This document shows positions 39,361 to 51,850 of a stretch of DNA of 64,000 nt, in pieces (position 1 is the stretch's first letter; each line of letters opens with the position of its first letter). Made by a program: the position numbers and the translations under genes. The notes beneath the pieces are model-generated. The model was not told the origin of the DNA. It worked only from the letters and a program-made list of their open reading frames with translations, and did not search any database. The DNA comes from Mobula hypostoma (taxonomy: Eukaryota): contig NC_086108.1 in assembly GCF_963921235.1 (NCBI RefSeq), positions 59,584,001 to 59,648,000 of the forward strand. Direction: 5' to 3'.

Positions 39361-40495
39361 ATTATGTGAATTGAAACATCCAATATGTTTCACTCTCTAG
39401 AGTTGCTGCTTGACCTGTTGACTACCCCCCAGCATTTTCACCTTTAATTTGTAGCTTTTTCTTTTTCTGAATGCAAATAACTGGCATTCTGTGATAAGTA
39501 GTTCACCTCTTGCCATCTTGAAGCTTTTCTTTGACCATCAGACTTTACATGGACATTATAACATAATATGTTCCACTCATCTGGAAGACTGCAACTGCTT
39601 CAGTTTTCAAGATAATAAGCACCATACTGTGTAGGAGAGTTTGTTTCATACTTACTGAAATATCCCGTGACAACTAATTCTACTCTGCTGGTATACTGTG
39701 GCTGCACCACTTTCTATCTTTGCAGAACTTCTCCAAGCTTACTTCCAGCCAAACTGCTCCAGCTTAGCATCTAGGAGTTCAATTGTGATGGAAGTTCAAG
39801 AAGCCTCTCAGCACAATAATAGGACAGCTAGGAATAAGCAATAAATGTCAGTCTCCCACTATCATATAACAAATAAATTGACGATTAGCGGAGCATGAAT
39901 TTCAAGGTGCTACATATTTTAAATGATAACTTCAGAACAGATGCATTTTGGTGATACATAGAAATCTATCTTAACATAACTGCGCTTCCACTTTCTACTG
40001 ACATTCCTTCTGTTTCTTATTATTTCACATTTTCAAGTTCAAGTTTAATTGTTATTCAAGCATACGAGAATACCCATGAATACAGCCAAACAAAACAGCA
40101 TTACTCCAGATGCAAGGTGCAAAACACAGTACCACTAGGCATACACAGCACAAGGCACATAGAACACGTATGAGATAGCAGTAAAATACAGACACACAAA
40201 AAAAATATAATCCAAGTCCCTGAATCCATAAATGTTGCAGCAGCCTACAGTCCGACACTGCAGACAATGCATTTTCCAATACACTGGCTTAAAAACTCTA
40301 TATTATGAAAGCCAAATGGCCTCAGAAGAATCCAATAAGACAAGATATTCATTTGTGCTTAATCAATGGCAGGATATGTTCAAAAGTTTTCCAAGATTTA
40401 TAGAGGAACTATAAACTGCCTCGCAGTCAATTTCCTCTGCTCAAAATATTTGAAAAAAAGTATTATTGATAGAAAAAAATTATCACCTTCTGTCA

Positions 40496-41152
40496 AACAA
40501 CAGGAATTCTGCAGATACTGGAAATTCAAGCAACACACATCAAAGTTGCTGGTGAACGCAGCAGGCCAGGCAGCATCTCTAGGAAGAGGTGCAGTCGACG
40601 TTTCAGGCCGAGACCCTTCGTCAGGACTAACTGAAGGAAGAGTGAGTAAGAGATTTGAAAGTGGGAGGGGGAGGGGGAGATCCAAAATGATAGGAGAAGA
40701 CAGGAGGGGGAGGGATGGAGCCAAGAGCTGGACAGGTGATTGGCAAAAGGGATACGAGAGGATCATGGGACAGGAGGTCCGGGAAGAAAGACAAGGAGGT
40801 GGGGGGGGGGGAACCCAGAGGATGGGCAAGGGGTAAATTCAGAAGGACAGAGGGAGAAAAAGGAGAGTGAGAGAAAGAATGTGTGTATAAAAATAAGTAA
40901 CAGTGGGGTACGAGGGGGAGGTGGGGCATTAGCGGAAGATAGAGAAGTCGATGTTCATGCCATCAGGTTGGAGGCTACCCAGACGGAATATAAGGTGTTG
41001 TTCCTCCAACCTGAGTGTGGCTTCATCTTTACGGTAGAGGAGGCTGTGGATAGAAATGTCAGAATGGGAATGGGACGTGGAATTAAAATACGTGGCCACT
41101 GGGAGATCCTGCTTTCTCTGGCGGACAGAACGTAGGCATTCAGCAAAGCAGG
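40496..41152 (-). mobile_element. 5'-truncated Penelope-like element with 3' tail
   Basis: DLPVATYFNS..LGSLQPDGMNIDFS; perfect TSD tcaccttctgtca at 40483-40495 and 41153-41165. Confidence 0.92.
40592..40629 (-). ncRNA. Minimal hammerhead ribozyme motif (intact core)
   Basis: Reverse complement identical to 22934-22971. Confidence 0.82.
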
Positions 41153-41167
41153 TCACCTTCTGTCACC

Positions 41168-41570
41168 TTCTTCTTCATTTTCATGACCAGTCCAAAAGGA
41201 TTGAGGAAGACTTGCTTTCAATATAGTTCCATAAGCTCAGATGTGACTGATGAGTCCAATGTGGGAGTTGCAGTCGCTTCCACAGAGAGGGCATAAGGCA
41301 TCCAGTGAGGTGTACAGCCAGGTTGTTTGTGACATGGTGCTCTCTTTGCATTGTTTATGTTGGACATCTGCCTGCTGTCTATGTATGGAGTTGAGGTTGG
41401 CAATACTACCCCCATTGTTCCTACTCCTTTTAATGCAGCCTCTGTGATGAAACATAACATCCACAGTTCCCAAAGGACACCGGGGATATTATGCTTTATT
41501 ATGGAGGCTATGAGCATAGTCTTGAATATTCATCTATGTCAGCCTGGTAGTTTCTTCCCATAAAATAGTT
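41168..41570 (-). mobile_element. Degraded RTE-like LINE 3' end
   Basis: CPLCGSDCNSHIGLISH zinc finger; (GAA)n tail at ~41168-41176. Confidence 0.55.
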
Positions 41571-42395
41571 TCATATAAAGTATTTTAATGCCTAACAGAA
41601 ATATACAAAATTAAAGATCTGACAAAGTCCTCGTACTTTGATTTATTACTTGGAGAACAACATCTGAGCAACTACCTTTCATTTCTTTTCAGTTTGAGGA
41701 CCTCACAGTTCTTCACTGTGCAATACTGTGCTCCTTGTCCATAGACTTGTTTAATAAAAATCTATCACAGAAGCTTAGGAAATGTTGGACAAAAGATGAA
41801 AATCAAGGTCCATCTATTTTGCCCTGCAATGGTAATGGATTTCTTTAGTAATCATAATCATCAATTTTTCACAGAATTACAGAAAGACTACAATGCAGAA
41901 GGTGAACATTTAGTCTGCTGAATCTTTGGCAGCTCTTTACAACTGCACTTCAGCTCCTTCCATTGCCCCAGCCTTCCCCCATAGCCAAGGCGTTTCCCTC
42001 CCCAAGTACTTAACCAGTTCTCTTTTGGTTATCTCAAATGACTATATAATGTTTATTCAACTCTGGAAGGGCATTCTGGATATCAAACATTCTCTGCAAT
42101 AGAATACATTTCCTATGTATAATGTTTGGTGCATTTACCAATCACTGTGTTGTATTAAATTTTGTAAAATATTGGAAGAATGTCTGAAGAGTTCAAAATG
42201 ACAACTTAACTCTTTGTGAGCTCACAACATGTAGTTTCTGTACAAAGTAAACACTGTAGATTTGTTAATGCCCAATATTTGCTGATAGCAGCTGGAGTCT
42301 TCCTTAGTCTCAGGCACCATTATCATGAGGATGCCTGTAAATGACTAAATGTTGGTCACTTTCAGAGCTAGGTTTATGGATTCTTTCTTCGTGTG

Positions 42396-43001
42396 TGTCA
42401 AGTTGGCTTGATGAATTCTTTTTTGGATTTGGGCTTATTGCTTATACGTAATATTAATGTTCTTTCGTAACTAAAGGAATATTAAGTCCAAAACATTGGT
42501 GGACTGATGGATAAGGAGCGAATATTAAAATGTCTAATTGATTTATAAGGGTATGCTGAACACTATACTTATGAACACATGAGTTATTTGAATGAAAGAA
42601 ACCAGCCTGAGTTAATGGCATGGGAACAAAAGATCAAGGAATTTGTCTGTCTCTGTGTGTCTCTCTACACTTGCAGAGTTCATATTTATTGGGATACTTT
42701 TCTCTTAGTTCCTTTGACTTTGCCTAGGCCAGAGAATTGCAATCAGTGTCTGAGACCCAGGGGTGGTTTCACGAGTGAGTCAGACTTCGGAGTTCCGTGA
42801 CAACGACAACAATGATGCGGTGACAAGAATTGTAAGCCCTAAAACCTTTCTGACTGATTGTATACTATTTTGTGTGGTTTATTTGGCTTTCTATCTTATG
42901 ATAATAAATTAGTCTTAAGTCATTTTGTTTTGCTTGTATGCTTATTACCACATCACCTGGACATTCAATTAGTTTGGGTCTCATCAACCCAGCCTATGAC
43001 A
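42396..43001. mobile_element. Candidate solo LTR
   Basis: TGTCA...TGACA ends with extended imperfect terminal inversion (tgtcaagttggcttgatga / tcatcaacccagcctatgaca); aataaa at ~42903; no TSD. Confidence 0.4.
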
Positions 43002-43204
43002 ATCACTGTGCTCTTTTAATCAATAATGGATTCAAACAGGAGGCAAGAGGTGAAAATGTTTAAAATTTTCTGCAATAGCAGGAGCTCACAGAAAAGTTTT
43101 AGATATTTAGATTATTTATGATTACCTACCAATTTTATAGCTCAATCTATTTTTGAATATGGAGGTTACACTTACAATTCATCATTCTCTGACAATGCAA
43201 TGGT

Positions 43205-43552
43205 TTATTAATAATGTGCCATGCCATATGACATGGGCAATCATAGTCTTTCCATAACCATGGTTGTTCTTGGCAAGTTATCCTACAGAAGCAGTTTGCC
43301 ATTGCCTTCATCTGGACAGTATCTTTACAAGATGAGTGACCCCAGCCATTATCAATATTCTTCAGAGTCTGTCTGCCTGGCATCAGTGGTCACATAGCCA
43401 GGACTTGTGATGTGCACCAGCTGCTCCCATGGCTTCACGTGATTCTGATCAGGGGGCTAAGCAAAGGTTTCCCAAAGGTAATCTGTAGGCTAGCAGAGGG
43501 AAAGAATGCCATAAACCTCTTTTGGTAGAGATGTATCTCCACCCCGCCACAA
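43205..43552 (-). mobile_element. SINE with RTE/BovB-type 3' region
   Basis: Reverse complement of 43294-43309 is gaaggcaatggcaaac, the motif seen in BovB-partnered SINE tails. Confidence 0.55.
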
Positions 43553-43565
43553 TGGATTCCAGTTA

Positions 43566-45410
43566 AGATAGATAGGTAGATACTTTATTGACCCCTAAGG
43601 AAATTACAGTGTGACTGCAACATTACAAGAGCACTGATATAAATATTAGAAGAGAAATAGAAAGAATAAAAAAAAGTTACCACCAACAAGTCTATCAGGA
43701 GGGTGTCATCACTTCCCCAGCTAGAGGATGACTCATTGCAGAGCTTAATGATCGAGGGTAAGAATGACCTCATACAGTGCTCTTTGGAGCAGCGCAGTCT
43801 ATTACTATAAGTGCTCCTCTGTTCAGCCAAGGTGACATGCAAAGAGTGAGAAACATTGTCCAAAATTGCCAGGATTTTCCTACTTGTTAGGTAAACATAG
43901 ATAATCTAAATATCCAAAACTTTTCTTTGAGCTCCAGATATTGCAGAAATACAATTCTTTTATTTTCTATTTATGACATTATGTCCCTTTCCCCTCTTAA
44001 AAGTTATTCATTCTCTGTCAACAATTTTGAATAGTTCCCCAATACCCGGATCCTAAAATGATAAGGCTTTGTTCTACCACAGCCTGTAGTGCATCCAGCT
44101 TGACTCCTATAACAGGTTCAGCCTTTCCAATCAGTTTATTGAGCCCATTGGCATAACCTGTGTTGATGGCATTGCCCCAGCAGACCACGACATAAAAGAT
44201 TGCATTGGCAACAACAGACTGGTAGGAAATATGAAGGAGAGGCCTGCATACTCCAAAGGACCTCAGTCTCCTCAGGAAGTGGAGGTAACTCTGGCCTTTC
44301 TTGTACACAGCCTCTGTATTGGTGCTCCACTCAAGTCTGTCATCCAGGTATGTCCTCATCACATCCATGTCCTCACCATCAATAGTAACAGGGAGCAATG
44401 TAAGCTTAGTCTTCCTAAAGTCCATCACTATCTCCTTTCTCTTACTGATGTTGAGCTGCAGATGATTCAGCTTGTACCATTCGGCAAAGTCCTGCACCAG
44501 AGCCCTGTATTCATCTCCCAACCCCCCTTTATACATCCAACTAGTGCTGAGTGATTAGAGAATTTCTGCCGATGACATAACTTCAGATACATTGTATCTA
44601 AAGTCTGAGGTATACAAGGTAAACAGGAAGGGATTGTCAGTACCTCCAGTTGAACTGTCTTTTTGTGTGTTTTCCCCCTAGCTGTCAGTCTGTGGTTTTG
44701 TATTGCCATGTGCTCTTGTTTGTTTTCATGCCCCATGTTCTCCTGTCCCCACTCCTGCTCTACTCCGGCTCCGTCTACTACTGAGTACTCCGCCTCTCAC
44801 CTGCTTCTCATTATTACCTGTTTTGCTGCCACCTGTGTCTCATTGTGCTCCACCTATCATCTGCCTCTCTGTTTATTGCTCAGTGTGGTTTAGTCCTGTG
44901 TTTTCACCTCTTTGTTGCCAGATTGTACCAGTGAGTTTTCCTGAGCCTTTCCAGCCTTTGTATCTGAACTCTATCCATCCGTTTATCGACTCTGCCCGTT
45001 TCCTGATTCTGGTTTTAGGATTTCTCTGGAATTTTTTTATCTCTGCCTGAACTTTGACGCTGACTCTGCTGCCCCTCTGGATTTGCTGCTCAGTAAATAT
45101 CACAGTGCGTACAGTACTTGGTCTGCGATTGGGTACCTGCTCCAGCGTCCTGACAGTGGGGCTCCAGTGCTGCTTATAGTCCTGTCTGATACACAGCTCT
45201 GAAACCGTACCTACTTTGGTCTGCCGGTCGGGTAGTCCATTATTCAGTATTCAATGGAAGTGCCAACCTGCATTGAACAGAGCTTTTCCCCCAGCAATGA
45301 GGGCTGTATTGTATTGAAGGCTCTTGCGAAATCAAAAAAAAATCTCACAGTGCTGCCCTGCTTATCTAAATGAGAGTAGGCTCTGTTCAGCAGGCAGATG
45401 ACAATATTGT
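43566..45410 (-). mobile_element. Rex1/Babar-like LINE (separate family), interrupted
   Basis: FFDFARAFNTIQP, NHLQLNISK..VMDFRK, FLRRLRSFGV; caataaagtatct..atctatc tail. Confidence 0.8.
44635..45155 (+). mobile_element. Solo LTR (Gypsy-like) inserted in a LINE
   Basis: TGTCAG...CTGACA termini, repeated cacct(g) motifs, agtaaa near the 3' end; host LINE resumes on both sides. Confidence 0.65.
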
Positions 45411-46180
45411 CATTGGGACACAGCAGAACCAGTACATTTTGGCCCAATTAAGCAGCTGCCTCAATTAACTGATGACTCATGGAAATAGTTAAAAAGATAT
45501 AAAGAAGACAAACTGAGTAACAGATTATGTATTTAAATGAAATTCATAACACTTTGGAACACTAATAATGCTACAACAGTACTATAAAACTGTGCGTTTG
45601 TTCTTAATAGTTATTCATCCAGTGTACTCAATGAACAAAATCAGCACAGATACCTCATGCAGATACTGGATTGCCTTCATACAATGCTTTGATGATTGCA
45701 TCTTCCAAATCTTCATTTTCATTGTAACATTCAAGATAATTGTCGATACCTTCAAATTCTATGTACTGTAGCTCATAACTTGTTGAAGTGGGGCAATCAT
45801 TTCATTTTCACTCTGGCCATTTCCAGTATCTCCACTCCTGAATGCTCAAAACTGGAGTAAGGAAAACAGTTTGGAATTGTCTTACTGCTTACTTCTTGTT
45901 GACTATCAGTGGCAAAAATTACTGTTTTTTTTAAGACAACCGAATCTATTTAAATCTGTCTGCTCTAAGCACTATGTCACGTCTAACAGCTGCACAAGTT
46001 GTGCAATTGCCATCAGTTAAAGCCTGTTTGGCAACAGTCTCTTGGTCCAATTAAGTTGCATAGTGTCCCAAATAAACGAAGAGAATTCCGACAATCTTGT
46101 CTATTATTTTTTGTTCTTTAAGAGCTGTCCAAATAAAGTGGCTGTCCCGCTAAACCGATGCTCAACCAAAATCCATTGTA
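45411..46180. mobile_element. Candidate pogo/Tigger-like non-autonomous DNA element
   Basis: Repeated ccaattaag/ccaaataa subterminal motifs; right end aatccattgta. Confidence 0.4.
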
Positions 46181-49100
46181 TTTCTTTTGATATTTTCATA
46201 TTCTCACATTCCTCAATTTTCATAGATGCAATTCATTTGGACAAATTAGCGTCCTGCTATAAATTGGTTGTAATCTAATTTATTTTTATGTTAATTGCTA
46301 TATGTTTCTGAATACAATTTTGTCATTTTTAAAGGCAGATTATTACACATTAAAAATTCCATCTTGGTACAGTTTATCATTCATCATTAGCATCTCTATT
46401 TATGTCCTCATTTCCTTCAACTGCATTTATTCTTGCTAATTATTATTTATATCCTTTGGAAGCTCAGTATATTCCCCCTTGCAATCTCATCCTACGTCAT
46501 CTGTGTGCTTTGGAAGTGCTTTCCTCTTTTGATTCATTTTTTATCTCATTGGTTTAATTATCCCTCACATTGCACTCTCATTTATTTCCTTCTTGCTGTT
46601 TGAGATTTTGATCTTGAGATTTCCTCCTTAGAAAGCTTGATAAAATACTAGAGTATAGTGTGGCCAAGATCCACCAGAGTTGGATGGAATGGATGCTGAG
46701 ATTAGTGACTGGGCACTGACCAAGTTGTTCCCTTTGTTCTACAGTATGTGATCCTGATTGAAATTTCTCAGCTAATTTTCAGGTTTTGTTTGTTTCATTC
46801 CTGCTTTCTGCTTTTGTCTTCACAGCCACACCCACTCAGATCCGTTGTCTTCTTGAACTCATCAAGTGTACGAGTGACACCAAAGTTGTCAGCTAAGAAT
46901 ATGACATTACTCAAGATGTAATGCAAAGAGTTAATTATATCTCTTTTTATAGGCATACAGTATCATGTAGTGCTTCATCTAGAATAAGTTTGATTTATAA
47001 AGCTTCTTCAATTTTCATAATAATCAGTGAAAAATAAACTTTGTTCAGCAACACTAACACTGCTCTCACCCTTCTGTCAAAGTTTCACCATCTCTGTAAT
47101 ATGGAGTTACTGTGAATGATGTCCTGGTGATTGTTGCACTTCAGGTTTCGCTTTGAGATGTAAACCACATAAAAAAGAGAGAAGAATGACAATTATTTCA
47201 TGTTGCTTCCTTCTGAACTGTAAAATTACAATTGGTCCATAATCCACAAAAATCCTCGCCAACAACAAAACACATACCGAATTTAAGATTAACCAGTGGA
47301 TTCATTTTGAAGCACAAGGTTGCTTTAACTGAAAAACCATGGATTTAAGTTGTTTAATCCTCACAAGGCTGGAGCTACTAAAGCATAATTCTACATAGGT
47401 TGGAGAATAATGACACTGGGGGGGTTCATATAGGAGTTTAAAATAAATATACTATTTAATTCACTATTTATGTGAACATTATTTGCAAACAAATGAAAAA
47501 GTGGACTAAATTGTGGATCACATGATCATAGCTAAATGTCATTCCGCAATTTCCTGATTTTATCCACTTACTCACTAAACTTGCACTAGCATCTTAACAA
47601 AGGTAATAAATAATTGTCTCAAGCAAAATGCCTTGTTTAAAATCAACATCCGAAAATAAATCTCTTCGGAAAAACTATGAAACCAGTCATACACTGGTTT
47701 CCTCAGCACTGGTATAATGTGAAGTTGCCTGCTACATTCTAGTTGAAAAGAATGATGCAGATTTATGTAAGGAGGGGAGTGGGAAAGTGCACAGATGAAG
47801 GCTAAAGAATAGTAGGATTTTCTGATGGAATCAGTTAAGTATGGCAAGAGGAAACTTGCAGAGGAAATGTTAGTCAAAAACACAGGTTTCTGAATTGCAA
47901 ATTATATAAGCTATTAGTTGAAGGGTTACAGCTCTCTGCATAGAGTTATGGTAATTGAAATTGACTGTATGAGTGGGCCAAAATTAAATTAGTGATGCAT
48001 ATCTGGAGAAGCAATGGTTTGATGGAAATATTGAGAAGATGCATGGATGAGGTAGTTACTTACCAGCAAGGACTAGAGCTACCATCTAAAACTGAGTGAA
48101 CGAGAAGTGTCATTTTATAACTTCAATTTTAAAAATCTTATGATAATCATGTCTACCTCAATAACGTATAGCTAGTTGTTATCTAAAAAAACAAGATGAG
48201 CTCTGTTGTAATAAAGTAATTATGAGGTAAATCAGTCAGATTAGGACTGCAATTTTATGTAGATCTTGGCTGTATCACATAATTTAGAGATAACTACAGT
48301 TATGCAATGCTATATATTTGGCAGCTTTGACAAGAAAATGATAATAATTTTAATGTCAAAAAGCAATATTGAGGATGGATTCTGAAATTTAGAAATAAAT
48401 AATATTAAAAAGTGAAATCTTTTGAACAGAAGTAGGTTGCAGTGCTAGCTACAAGATATCCTCATTTGAACTATAAAAAATAGATTCTGCCACTTACATT
48501 ATGATATCCTATCGACTAATTAACCCATCTATAATTTGAAATTGCCCTTAATTCTTTGGATGCTCAATTAGCAATTGAATGGATTCAGTTTGAAGCAGGT
48601 TTTTAACTGAAAAACAGCTGGCACTAGTTTTAAATTGTTTGCTAATTAGCACGTAAAGGTTAGAATGACAAAATAGAGCAAATCACTTAACAAAGAAATA
48701 AATGTGGGTTCTTCCACATTAACATGTACTGAATTACAATTTTAAAAACAACACATGTTGAAATATTTAGAACTTAAAATAAAGCCTGTGCTCACAATTC
48801 TAATAGGGGTAATTACTTTTTAAGCAAATTAGAATCTTACATAAATTATATTGTTATTTGCATCTTTTTTGTGCTTTATGGTAATTTAGTTTCTATTACT
48901 AATTTAATAAAATCAAATTTCAGAAGGATGAATAACGCTCTTCTTAGCTAAGACGGCAGTGGTTTTCATCAAGTGTCTCTTTTATTGTACATTCTGTTCT
49001 TAATAGCCTAATGTACAAAGCATGCTCAATAATATTAAGAAGGTTAGTGCCATTTGCACATAATCACCATATCCTACACTTGTCTCGACACAGTGATGTG

Positions 49101-49388
49101 CATAAATGACATCTGATGGTGTAACACCATTTTGTTATGAATTATCTTTGGGTAAGTATTAATTAAGTTCAGCCTTTCATACATGCAAAAACATTCAACG
49201 GACAAATCGGCTTTTAGGATGAGCTGTAACAGATCTTGTTTGCTAGCTTCACAGAGATCTTAGCAGATGTTGAAGAGTGCATTTCAATTAAAGAATGATG
49301 CATGAGGTGTTGGAGTATGAAACGTTATTGCAGAAGTTTGTGAAATAACTGGTGACAAATAAAATAGGTTTAAAAATTAGCATTTTTG

Positions 49389-49838
49389 TTGCCTGGATTG
49401 GAGAGCGTGCCTTATGAGAATAGGCTGAGTGAACTTGACCTTTTCTCTTTGGAGCGACGGAGGATGAGAGGAAACCTGATAGAGGTGTATAAGATGATGA
49501 GATGATCGTGTGGATAGCCAGAGGCATTTTCCCAGGGCTGAAATGGCTAACACAAGGGGGCATAGTTTTAAGGTGCTTGGAAGTAGGTACAGTGGGGATG
49601 TCAGAGGTAAGTTTTTCACACAGAGAGTGGTGGGTGCCTGGAACTCTCTGCCGGCAATGGTGGTAGAGGTGGATACAATAGCGTCTTTTAAGAGACTCTT
49701 AGATAGGCACATGGAGCTTAGAAAAATAGAGGGCTATGCAGTAGGGAAATTCTAGGCAATTTCTAGAGTAGGGTATATGGTCAGCATAACATTATGGGCC
49801 AAAAGGCCCGTAATGTGCTGTAGATTTCTATGTTTCTA
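49389..49838 (+). mobile_element. CR1 3' end
   Basis: TRGHSFKV..GKFFTQRVVGAWNSLP..FKRLLD; tttctatgtttctat tail. Confidence 0.88.
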
Positions 49839-50144
49839 TTTGACTTCATATCAAATTTAAATTTGATCATTTTCAGAGGGGCATGTTGAAAAAATACCCA
49901 CAAACACTGATGAAAGTTTGTGTGTCTATAGCATGTTTATTTATTACAGAGAGCGTATGTGCTCTGTTTGCATCCAATCCCCATGTTCTACATTTGTCCC
50001 TGCACATGAAGTGGATCTGATATGTTTCTTTCCTCCTCTTTCTCTGCAAGCATGCTAGAAGGCCAGCATGGCAAGAAAGCTGTACAACTTGAAGGTAAAT
50101 CTTTGTTTTCCTCCAAAATCATTGTCAGATATTATTATTTTGTT

Positions 50145-50283
50145 AAGCAACACACATCAAAGTTGCTGGTGAACGCAGCAGGCCAGGCAGCATCTCTAGG
50201 AAGAGGTACAGCCGACGTTTCAGGCCGAGACCCTTCGTCAGGACACAGCATTTCCAGCATCTGCAGAATTCTTGTTGTTTGCG
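50145..50283. mobile_element. 139 bp PLE-derived mini-insertion containing a hammerhead (minus strand) joined to the 3' tail (plus strand)
   Basis: Perfect TSD ttattattttgtt at 50132-50144 and 50284-50296. Confidence 0.9.
50209..50244 (-). ncRNA. Minimal hammerhead ribozyme motif, short stem I
   Basis: Reverse complement GUC-CUGACGA-AGG-gucucgg-CCU-GAAA-CGUC-GGCUG. Confidence 0.65.
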
Positions 50284-51269
50284 TTATTATTTTGTTGTAT
50301 TTTTTCCTGAAATTTTTGTAAGTATTAGTGAAATATCTTTAACCCTGCCAAATTCATCCATTTATGGGACTATTCTCCCGGGTGTTTTAGTGAAATTGTG
50401 CAGAAAATGAATTGCTAAACATCACTTGAGGAAAGCATTATAACCAAAGCTCTCCAATTAGTAAAAACCTTACTGATGATTCCATACAGAATTGAACACA
50501 AGCCATTGATACTGTAAAGTGTTGTGGTGCTTCAATCCAGTATTACTGCATTTTAAAAGTATCTTGATGTCCCAATGGATCTGAAAACAAGGAAAGTTAA
50601 CAATGATACTTTAGGGATACCGAACGTTTCTTCAAAATACGTAGAAAGGCTCGAAAAACTTAAAATTATTTTATTTGAAGCAAAGATTAAGAGAGGTTTT
50701 GGTGGTGTTGCTTTTAACAGCTAATAAATCTCAATAGAGAAAATAAAGGAAATTAGATTGAGAGACTTCATGAAGGAGGTTTCCTGGGGGAGAAACATGA
50801 ACATTAAGATTAAAGCCAATTAAAAATATTGGGTTTGTTAGATTGGGAATTGAAAAATAAAAGTTGGTGTCTGCAAATCTCATAGTTTTCAGGAAATTTG
50901 CCATCCCATTAAGGAATTTCCATATATGTAATTGAATGAGTAGTCTTTGGAGTACTGCAAGTCTGTGTCTTTATTGATGCTTTGCTGCATGCTTGAGTGC
51001 TTGGTGGGGGGGAGCTGATGCTTTTTTGCTGGTGGGGGAGGGGTACTCGTTGCTTGCTGCTGCTTATGCTTGGGAGGCGGGAGCTGGGTAGGCTTTGGGG
51101 TTCTAACATTTAACTGTCATTCATTCTTTGGGGCACTCCTCTGTTTTCATAGATAGTTACAAAGAAAAAGAATTTCAGAATGTATATTTTTATACTTTTC
51201 TCTGACATTAAATGTACCTATTGAACTTTGACCAGTACATCTATTAGAGAAAATTCGTGACACAGGAAG

Positions 51270-51850
51270 CCAGTCAACACGCCAGAAAAAGTGAGATCTC
51301 CCAGTGGTCACCCGTTTTAATTCCACTTCCCATTCCCATTCTGTTATGTCTGTCCATGGCCTCCTCCATTGTCATGATGAGGCCAGGCTTAGATTGGAGG
51401 AACCACACCTTATATTCTGCTTGGGTAGCCTCCAACCTGATGACATGAACATTGATTTCTCAAACTTCCAGTAATGCCCCCACCCCACTTCCTTCCTATG
51501 CCCTTTTTCCCTCTCTCATCTGATCTCCTTACCTGCCTATCGCCTCCCTCTTGTGCTCCTCCCCCTTTTCTTTCTTCCAAGGCCTTCTATCTCTTTTACC
51601 AATTTACTTCCAGCTCTTTACTTCATTCCTCCCCCTCCTGATTTCGCCTATTACCTTGTGCTTCTCTCTCCCCTCCCCCCACCTTTTAAGTCTACTCCTC
51701 AGCTTTTTTTCTCCAGTCCTGCCAAAGGGTTTCAGCCCGAAACGTCGACTGTGCTTTTTCCCATTGACGCTGCCAGGCCTGCTGAGTTCCTCCAGCATTT
51801 TGAGTGTGTTGCTCGGATTTCCAGCATCTGCAGATTTTCTCTTGTTTGCG
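51270..51850 (+). mobile_element. Older PLE subfamily 3' fragment with variant hammerhead core CTGCCAA (51715-51751)
   Basis: ttgggtagcctccaacctgatgacatgaacattgat ORF end; pseudo-LTR and tail ending cttgtttgcg. Confidence 0.82.

Noticed and set aside
20069..40929. Recurrent ORFs such as MLVNAAGQAASIGRG and PDEGSRPETST suggesting a multicopy peptide family
   Set aside because: They are translations of the non-coding PLE pseudo-LTR; the conserved stretch is the hammerhead RNA motif.
50051..50094. 44 nt exon-like segment (ctgcaag..gtaaat); similar candidates at 30307-30353 (+) and near 18210 and 52735 (-)
   Set aside because: Translations match no protein I recognise and such splice-like pairs arise by chance; RNA-seq is needed.
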